DNA from: Chrysomallon squamiferum
Taxonomy: Eukaryota > Animalia > Mollusca
Direction: 5' to 3'
DNA: 64,000 nucleotides
Assembly: GCA_012295275.1 (NCBI GenBank)
Contig: CM022672.1
Span: forward strand, 16,740,001-16,804,000
The position numbers and the translations under genes are program-made. The notes below the pieces were generated by a model, which worked only from the letters and a program-made list of their open reading frames with translations, did no database searches and was not told the origin of the DNA. The stretch's first letter is position 1; every line of letters begins with the position of its first letter. Of this stretch, positions 53,992-64,000 are shown one piece after another.

Positions 53992-55498
53992 CAGTTAATT
54001 AATAGCATTAATCAGAGTTAATTTGCCTTGTGACTTCATTATATAGATATTTTTTAAAATTCACAAAAAATCAAACTTTGTTAAGAACTAACTTGTTTTT
54101 GTAATCAACATCTTTATCGGAAAGAAAATATCTAAAACTGGAATAAATTTGTATAGAATAATTACTAAATTAAACAAAGTACACAAACATCGAACTTTTC
54201 ACGCATTGGCAGCAACTCCAACTGCTATTATCGCGTCATTTGCTGAGAACGTCCCACATTTTGGTATCCAAAATTAAGTACCTCCTACCCTAAATATTTG
54301 TATGAAATTTGGCAGACTACGAGAGAAATGCATGATTTGTAACTTGTATATGATTTAAAGTCTCGAATGATTTATGGTCACACGACGATTATTTTGAAAC
54401 AATAAATTTGTCTGTTCATTATCTGTTGTTTATCAGAAATCACGTGGAGAAACGAAGAGTGATGAAGCTGAATATGTATTCTATATCAAAATATTTGTTG
54501 TTTTTGAAAAAACAATGACGAAATAGAAAGGCAAATTAGGCAGCCCGATTCAAGGAAAGCAAAAACATCAGAAAAATCGGGCTACCTTCCGATATGATGC
54601 TGATTTTATTTATTAACAAGAAAGATTCGCCATAAATGGAAAAGTTAAAGATTAAAGAAAAATAAATGGTTTTCACCAAAATGTCCGTTAATAAAAATGC
54701 TGTTAAAAGGCTCCCCGGGCTCATTCTCCAAAAATCAAAACTTTGACCCAAAAAAAATTACGTGAGCAAGTTCATTCTATACAGTATTTATCAGTTGTTA
54801 GTTATCTGCATTTTTTTTTTCTGATTATATTCAGCACAATGAAATATTATTTTTATTTAGTTATTAATTATTATAGTTAATAATATTTTATATTTTTACT
54901 AGTTTATATCTAGATATTATGATGTGTATAATTTATATTATTAAAAAATTAAAAAATCCACAAAAAACAAAACAAAAAAACCCCTGAAACACAACAGAAC
55001 CTAAAACAAGAGTAACATTTACCGAGATAGTGAGATTCTGCTCCAACAAAAAGTTGGAAAAAAAAAAAAAAAAAAAAAAAAAACCTGCAAAACAGTAAAA
55101 TATGATACAGGTAAAATATTTTTATACTGAGATAGTTTCTAAGTATAATTTCACAAGAGTATCTGAATATCCTTGGGTCAGCTTTACTTCTTAAATTAGA
55201 AAATAATTCACTACGCAATACTAACAAAAAAAGAAAAAAGAAACAAACAAAAAATAAGAGTTATACACAACAAAATAATAAATTTGTTTTTAAAATTTGT
55301 TTTATTTCCTAAAGTGTAAACTGTTACAGTTAACAAAGATAAAAAGTAAGAATTCTTGTAAAAATAATTTTATTATTTTAATTCAAAGTGAAATGCTGCA
55401 GAAATGGTGGGAAAAAAAAATCAACAAAGATTTCATAAAGATAAAAATTTTCACAATGAACAAGACATTAATTTCAAAGAATATAAAGAAAGTCAATT

Positions 55499-58400
55499 CT
55501 AACTGGTTAATATTATCTTCCTACATGAATTTTTTGCAAGTTTTTTGACAGGGCTTGAAGTCAGAGGCTTTCTGTCTACAGAACTGAGATGTTTGTCCAC
55601 ATAACGAATAAGACAGGATGTTGATGTGTCCACTTCTTGCACAGCATAGTCTAAATGTTCCAGCTGAGAATCTGACAAGACAGAAAGATCAGAAAAATCA
55701 GATTCTTCACTGCACCTGCTGTTTACATTCTTAACAACTTCATTAAGAGATGACTGGAGAAATCGGTTTGATGCTCTTTGGATCATTTCTGCATATCTGT
55801 TGATGCTCTGGTTGTCTCCCCTTTCTCCTGAAAGGTACAATTAAAAGACTATGAAAAAAAACTTACTTTCTTCTTTTCTTCTCTTAAACATTTTTAAAGA
55901 TCTGATCTTAATAGGTTTGGGGTTTTTCTAATATGCATATGATTCACTTCAACTCAACATTTTAACTGTCATTTTGCTAATGATAATGTATCGCAAAACT
56001 GCAAAGTATAGCATGATATTTTCTGTTCTACTCGAATTCCCAGAAATCATACAAACTTTTTACATGACATACAATTCTGAAATAATCTCAACATCTTACC
56101 ACTGAGTAGAGGCTCCACTGACTGGACAAGAAGAGTACTATTTTCTACAAGACTATCAATGTGGCAAAGCAAGGCCCTTGAGCGAGAGTAGCTGAGATAA
56201 TAGTATTCAAAAGGTAGGCATCGTGAAGTTTCCCTTATGCTCATGTCAACCTCCACCTATTAGCAAAGCATTTTAAGAAGCAAGCATCAGCAATATACAT
56301 ATATAATGAATAGAGTGTTGCTGTAAGATATGATTAGCAAAGAAAGCTGTATATATAAATAAGTATGATAATTAATGTAATTTATATAAACATATAACTG
56401 ACATGCATCTATACAAATATATACACAAACACTGTAGACTAATACCAAAGATTCAATTATAGCTTCAGAATTGATGATGATGGTAATACACATTTATTAT
56501 AATTATATATGTGTAAGTAGATAGTATTTATTTCAATATAAATATGCTGTTATTCCCCCCTCAGAAAAAAAAAAAAGGTAAATAATTTTATTTGCTTGCT
56601 TTCTATTTTTTAAATTTTAATATTAACTTATTTCTTAGTACATTTTTTTCCCCCTCTACAAGAACATTAAATAATTGTTTGTGGAGATTATTTAATTTCA
56701 AGGTCTTTTCAAAAATGATTCTGTAAAACACAATTAGCAAAGAAGCAACAACAAGCAAGACTGTGATGGTTACAAATATTATACACAAAGATAACATAGA
56801 ATAAAAAAAAATTACTTGTATTTCTTGACACTTTTGAAGAAGAACCTTACTGGTAGACACAACAATCTCCACATGTTGTGGAAGATCAGCTCCTTTCTGG
56901 AAAAAAACCCAACAACAACAAAAAGAATCAAAATTCAGACTAAAAATATTAACATATGGAATATATATATATATATAATATTATACATGAATTAATTTTT
57001 TTTATTAAGAAACATGACAGCATAATAAAAACAATAATAATTAAAGATATTACTGAAAACTTACAGTACATTCAAGTTCATCATTCAAATTTTGTATGTA
57101 TGTTTCACAGTCTTCTAATGACCTCAAGCCATTTTGGATGGCTTTGCCAAGAAATTTATCAGTACCAGAAAGAAAGGCTTGACAAATATCATCATTTATC
57201 TGGATTAAAAAAATAGAGAGAGAGAAAAAAATAAATAAAAATCTATTGTTTATACTGTTATTCTGAACATTTAACTTGTTTAGAAAAATAAGTAAATAAC
57301 AAATTCCTCATTATTACTTTTGCAAAATCACTGACATCAAAATTATTAGAAAATTAAATAAAATAATAATAATAATAATATTAAGAGCAGCAAAGGTTTA
57401 ACTTGATTCTTTCTAGCACCTCATATTTCTGCATTATTTCAAACAGTAAGCAGATAACATCGGTAAATACACAGATAGGCATGTCAAATAGCATAAAAAG
57501 AGTAAATAACTCCTCTACCTGCATACATTTAAGAAACAATTTACCTGTACCTGTAATTCTAAGATAGATGTATAGGCGTTATTTTTGGAATAATATGTTC
57601 AACCTCTCACATGGTATTAAGTTAACAATACCTTCATGTCAGATTCAAAACCAAGTTGTTCAAATCTCAGAATTCTTGTGCTTGTAGCCAGTGCCAGTTC
57701 TCCACAAGTCCTACATAAACTAAGTAAACAGTCCAGTATTTTGGATCCATGCTGGTGAATTACACTGACCAGTTCATTTTCGCAACCCTGCAATAGGTAT
57801 ATTAAAAAATATTAAAAAATTAAAAAATTCAGTATATATATTAAACATTACAATATGTATAAAAACCTCCATTTCTTATTTAGAATTTCAAATAATGAGG
57901 GACTTACTGTTTAAAATCAATCAAACTCATAGAATTAAAAAACAAGTCTACTGAACAACAATATCAAAGTAATAGTTAATAGAATAGATAAAAAAAATCT
58001 TATCCTGAAAAATTGGCAAAAATTGGCAAAAATAAAAATTTAATGACTGAAAAATAATCTACAATGCACTCCTGCAAGAAAAATTTACTGCATCTGTTTA
58101 CTAAATTACTTTGAAAATTTGGAATTAAAACAAAAATGAATGCACTACTTGTGTTAAATCTTGAATCTAAATCTAAGACTGTGTGTATATGTGACTCTTC
58201 ACATGAATGTAACATGTAGTAAAAAGGATTGCTACCTGAAGGAACATGGCAGTGTGCGCACCTGCTGCTTTCACATGTTCCACTATTTTCTGAACAAGAT
58301 TTTTCACAATGTGAGATTCCAGGTCGACACACATAGCTGCCCACAATGTGCTGAGAGAGGCCAGGAGCTGCAGTGATGTGATCACATGTACAGTCTGAGT

Positions 58401-61400
58401 CTGAAGACACACATTTGGTTCTGAAAATCATAAAAACAAATATTTTTATACTGTTTGTGATTGAAGTCTATCTGTGTTCACATGTACAGTCTGAGTCTGA
58501 AGACACACATTTGGTTCTGAAAATCATAAAAACAAATATTTTTACACTGTTTGTGATTGAAGTCTATCTGTGTTGACAAAAACAAATGCATTTTCATTCC
58601 GTGATATAAGTTATTTTTATGAAAGTATGGTGTGAAATCACAAATAAATAAAACAGTATGAAAATATACAAAATATATTTTTGTTTTCATTCCCTTGACT
58701 ACAGATACATCTAATGAGTAACACAATAATAATATGTTTCTGAAAATATAAACCAAACAGATGATATTTAAGGAATAAAATTAAAACACAGAAAATCTGA
58801 ATCTATATTGAAATGTTAATTATTTTCTTTTGCCACTAAGAATATTAATATTTAATATAATGGTAACGAATTTTACCTCTAGAGCTGTCGTCAGTATGAA
58901 GTGGCATTTCCAAGATGGCTGATACTGCCTGCTTCATAGTCTGACAACTAGCCAACATTTTGTCAGCAATACTTTCTTCCAGGTGAAGAGCTAAAAATTA
59001 GTCAGAATTAATATTATTATGTAAACTACATTTCAATAATTATAAAAATTATAAATATTAAAACTGCTGTAGCTCTATCATCATGACAGCTACCATAATC
59101 AATAACTTTAAATAACGAACTATAAATAACTATTTCCAGAATGTTGTTTAAATTATATATAAAAAAAGAAGAAAGAAAAGTTAGAATTTAATTACCATGG
59201 AAACTGTCCATAGATGTAGATACAAAAAGTTTGCAGATCTTAAGAAATGTTGACTGACTACTTGATAAATTTAGACTGGATCCTGCAGAAGCTGAAAATA
59301 GAAAAAACATAACAATGACAACAATAATAATCATTAAACAAATAATTTAAAAAAAAGAAGAAGAAAAAAAAAAAAAAAAAGAAAGTGACCTAGAAAAAAC
59401 TAATTTCTGAAATAAATAGGACAGCATACACTATAACCTTTCATACAGTGACTAGAATGAGAAATGGTCTAATCTGAAATCATATTTGGGCCAATCTGGC
59501 AATCCATCATTTCTTAGGCAAGTAGTAATCACCAAGCTAAAACAAGCTACATGCAATAAAAAAAGACAAAGAAATCAGAAGACATAAATTCTTAAGAACT
59601 AAGGTGAATTTTAGAAACTGTAAGTGGAATATAAAAAATCTGATTGAACTCCCTACAAATAAAATTGGAGAAAACACTTGACAGAACCTTAAACATTTTA
59701 TCCTTTAATAACATTTTAATTCTCAGTTTACAAATGTCCTAAAAATTTTAAAAACACTTTCAAATATCTAACGATGTTTTAAAAAAAACAAAAAAACTGT
59801 AATGGTTATTACTACTCACATGTCTTTACAGAACTTCCTGAACTGTGCCAGACTGATCTAAATACACATCCAGGGGAGACAGGACTCTTGTTGAAACCAT
59901 TAACTCTGTAATAAAAACTCTTTACCATCAGACTTTCCAAAACATTCTGAATATATTCATCAATACACTTTCAATTTGTGGAAATGGGAATTAATACATA
60001 TGTTTTCAAGTATTTCAACATGTCATTAAGTAATTGGTTTTAAATCACCAAGTATTAGAGAAAAATTATGAGGTAACTGAAAACAATTATATTCAGATAT
60101 AGTTATAAGACAATGGTTCTGTTCATGTGGGAAATAAGGACAAATGTTTTTAATTCCCATCTAATCATTTTCAGGTCTATAGATTATAATTAAGACAATT
60201 GTTTTAAGGTTTTATCAGTAAATTAATACTATTATTTTCATAATTATAAACAAAGAGATAAATTAAAACAATGATTTTCTGATTTATAAACAGGTACATT
60301 AACACCAGTTTTCAGATAGAATTTATGCTTACACTGGAATAAAATACTATGCTTGGCAAATGCCTATTAAATAAAAAGACTGATACATACCCAGAGGAGG
60401 GAGATGATAGGAAAGAATCTCGTTCCCAGTTATCATCAGGATTATTGAAGACTTCATCTTCATCTGATGAAGTTCCATCTTCATTCTAAAGAAAATAAAT
60501 AGAATGTCTATTCAATAATTCAGGAAAGTATACCAGCTAAGATTATAAATTTGCTTTTTAACAGAAGTGCAGACACATTGTTATCTTCTTTTTTTTTAAT
60601 AAATATAACCGTGTATGAATTATTTATTCAGTATCAGCAATTTCTACATTTTGTCTTCTGAATATTTTACATTTTTTGTTTCTTACATGATACAGATCTT
60701 TCATCTGTAGAAGTCGTTCCTCAAATTTGTTCATTGTCCAGAAAGTACAGCTGTTGTGTTTTGTGTTTGTCACTTTTATCTGAGTTCTCACTTCCTCTCC
60801 CTCCTGAACATCTTCCCTGCTGAAAGTCTTTAAATAATATGACAAATAAATAAAACTGAAACTTTAAAGATCACAAAATAATAATTTAAATAAACATAAA
60901 TTTATTTCACTGTAAGTTTATATTAACAATATGATGCAGTCACAAATGGGTAAATCATACAACATCAGGATAATTAAAAATGTTTTAGATTCCTGACAGA
61001 ATAGTAGAGGCTGTGAAACAAAATAGTCTAAAATGAGTACTTAAAGTCTTAAGAAAACCCACCTCATCTTGATCATCAAATAATTGGTGTGATAGAATAT
61101 CCCTAGTGCTTTAGACTTCAACCAAATAACACAAACCATTTGTTTTCAAATACACTGATAATTTGTAGTAAAAAATCAATGCTTATTATTAACTACCTTC
61201 CAAATGGATAATATTAATGAAAATTACCATATTCTTTTTCAGGTACTGTGAAATCTTGTTAGCTTCTCGAACAAGTAAGGCAATTCGGTATAGATCTTTT
61301 TTACCAATTACTGTGTTTTGAACTTTCTGCCTGTTTGCTGGAGGGAACATCTCAGACTTTTTTTCTTTTAGAGTTTGCAGTCTCTGTGAAATTCTTAGCT

Positions 61401-63694
61401 TTTCTGCCTCCATGAGTTCCAACAGCTGTGATTTCTTCACCATCGGGCTGGCAGACTGCAAATTGAAAAACAAAATTAATACATGTTTCACTCTTTTTGT
61501 TACCTGTAAACATCAACTAAATATACAAACACATTAGACATAAAAGTAAAAGTTGACAATCAATCAAAATAAGGCTATTCTTTCAAAAATGTCTAACTAT
61601 GATGTCATACTATTCTTGATATAAACATTTATTTTGATTATAATCAATGCACCTGATGTCATTTATCTTATGTGCATTACGTATCTTTGATGTTAACATC
61701 AATTTATTATATAAATGAATCTGTATAAAAAAATATTAAAAACTGAGATACCTTTGACAGCAATATCAAATGTTACATGATGCCCTTATTTATAAACTTT
61801 TTATGAAAAATTCTCTTACAAATTATGTTATAAATTAAGAAGTTCAGAATCACTTTTTACCTGTTCTGCAGCTTTTGCTTCCAACTCTTGTCTCTTTCTA
61901 CCTGCAAGAACTTCCTGTTCTAACATCTATTAAATATAAAAAAATTTAAAAAATTAAAATTGTAATACTGACTTTGTAAAAAATAATCACTTGATATATA
62001 TAAATCTACATTAATTGAAAAAATAGAAAAAGAGAACACACATCAGTAGAAAAGGATTCTAAAAACCATAAATTCAAATGATACACAGTAAATCTTATAT
62101 TTGACAGCCTTTTGTATAAGAGATTTTGGCTGAAACAGGAATTAATCCCAAGTATGCACTGTAGAAGTGATCTCAGATTACTTTCGAACTATGTAGATAC
62201 AGTAGGATCCAAAGCTACAATGTCCAAAAAGCTATCACAAATATGAAGTAAGTATATAAATTGTTACATACCATTTTTTGTTTCCTCAGTTGACTGATTA
62301 AATCTTCTGCTTCTTGACGAGACTCTTCCACTTTCTGTGTTTCTGAACTTTGATCTTTCTGGAACAAAGTAAACAAAAATATCTAACAACAAATATGATC
62401 CTACTTTTAAACATCTGCCAGTAATATATGGGAATCACTAAAATCAAAACCAATCAGAGATTAAGTCATGATAAACATATTTACTATATGTAAGTAGAAA
62501 AAAGGAGATGTCCTCTCATTTTTTTTTTTATACTTTATTATTAGAAAAGATTAGACTTCTTCACACAAATAAAACTAATACAGCTGTAATTTTGTAATCA
62601 ACTAACAAGAGCTTTTTCAAGTTCGGCCAGTTTGTCAGCATATCCAGCTAGTTTGTTCTCATATCCACTTCTCTGCTGGTGCAGTTCTTGGGCTGCTTCC
62701 TTTTTTGCCTTTTCCAGTTCTCGCTCAATTTCTTCCTGAGCCTTGCGTCTTGCTGCCTCAAGCTCTTCTTGCAACCTATCATTAATACCATGTTCATTAA
62801 TAATTTATCTACATAGTTAATTTTTATTTAGGTTTATGTTTTTAAAAAAAATGGCATATTTGTGATAATCAAATAAAATAATTATACTCATGATTAATGA
62901 AAGTGACATCAGCTGTCATAAACAAACCTGCTATACTGAACAAAAGTTATAAAAAAGATTTTCACACAATTTATTTTACTGGAGAATCCATGTAGGCTTA
63001 TACAGAATACGTATATGATACAATGAAAACAAACTTTTTTTAAATCAAAATTTTATACTTTAATATCAGCAATGATCAGCCTTAACAAATCTTAACTACC
63101 TGGCCTCTTGGACTCGCAGAAGTTCCTGCTTAGCATATTCAAAATCTTTTATTTCTGACGAAGTGATTTTCTTACTCTTCTGAACTTCTTGTGGATGGCT
63201 AAATCTGAAAAAAAATGAAAAAAAGTTTAAGAACTATTTCTTCATGCGTATCTTTTTAACTGGTTAAGAAGATAAATAAATAATAATCTACAACATAACT
63301 GATATGAACATGTCACTTGATTTTGATCACTATTATTGGTTTGTCTGATTTTTTTTAAACTTTTGTAAATTTTGTCTCCATAATCTTCTAACGATCATTT
63401 GCTATATTGTATGTATTTATTATCACCAATCAAGATAAAACATAATTTTCCACTAATACTTCATTCTCTTCTACATTATAATAATTAGAAGAATAAATTT
63501 ATACTAGTAAGGGTATGAACTTAAATAAAATCATTTGATGTCAGTGTACTTACTTTCTTATATGGATTAATAATCAGAACAATATAGGTCGTTATGTGTT
63601 ACTTAAAAAAAGTCTTACCTGAAATAATGATCTCCACCAAGGATAACTCTATCAGACTATTTAAATGAAAAAAGAAATATTTAATAGCAATAAC

Positions 63695-63729
<35 letters not shown>

Positions 63730-63992
63730 GCCTTTTCATAATATTAGGAACTAAATTCTGAAACGTTTTATTACCATTTGCAAATTTAACATGTTTAAAA
63801 ATTATCAAAATAAATATTTCTGTGATGAATGTAACATGTCATTATTAATTAGTTAACAAGATTTAAAATGTAATTAACTTTGCACATACATGGTGAAGAG
63901 TTGTTGGTTCAGTTATGAGACTTCCATTTACATAAGTCGGTGCATCTCCAATGGGAGTTATGCTAACCATACCTTCCACATTGTTGATGATG
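55499..63992 (-). CDS. KIF14: Kinesin-3 family KIF14, 3' portion (FHA domain, coiled coils, tail); 5' part beyond right edge
   Basis: Exons approx. 63890-63992 (TYVNGSLITEPTTLHH), 63619-63656 (SDRVILGGDHYFR), 63100-63204 (FSHP..KDFEYAKQELL), ~62607-62775, ~62272-62358, 61861-61926, 61228-61456 (LVREANKISQYLKK), 60684-60828 (QIKVTN..TFWTMNKFEERL), 60391-60484, 59820-59905, 59196-59291, 58877-58990, 58235-58420, 57631-57787, 56815-56897, ~56070/56099-56256, 55499-55827. Motifs match recalled KIF14 (GDRVILGGDHYFRFNHP, KDFEFAKNELL). Confidence 0.92.
58382..58574. repeat. 96-bp tandem duplication spanning a KIF14 acceptor
   Basis: tcacatgtacagtctgagtctgaagacacacatttggttctgaaaatc at 58382 and 58478. 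Confidence 0.92.
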
Positions 63993-64000
63993 CTGAAAAA

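Noticed and set aside
53740-54780. CpG-richer intergenic stretch between ODAD3 and KIF14 as an ncRNA or gene
   Set aside because: No credible ORF, tRNA or rRNA structure; probably a decayed transposon, but termini could not be identified.

Overview
AT-rich, microsatellite-dense, intron-containing animal genomic DNA (invertebrate, lophotrochozoan/mollusc-like; the taxon cannot be fixed from sequence alone). Almost all ORFs in the supplied track are exon fragments or noise. Manual splicing gives four genes. (1) A minus-strand sushi/HYR/GCC2-GCC3/LamG surface-protein gene (ATG 17603, runs off the left edge). (2) Its head-to-head paralog on the plus strand (~22931-44490), a type I membrane protein: sushi, HYR, SEA-like, GCC, LamG/pentraxin, EGF, TSP1, TM and a Tyr-motif tail. 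(3) ODAD3/CCDC151 (minus, 46356-52621). (4) The 3' half of KIF14 (minus, 55499 to the right edge). Both paralogs have a dedicated exon encoding a furin site followed by a hydrophobic, Trp/Cys-containing fusion-peptide-like segment. Each carries one single-base lesion in the exons I could read: an in-frame TAG inside that peptide in gene 1, and a +1 C frameshift in HYR2 of gene 2. The leader exon and promoter of gene 1 sit between two ~4 kb inverted-repeat arms, and the leader is splice-phase compatible with both gene bodies. Tigger/pogo MITEs, a GGG-ended DNA transposon, and three tandem duplications of splice acceptors are also present.
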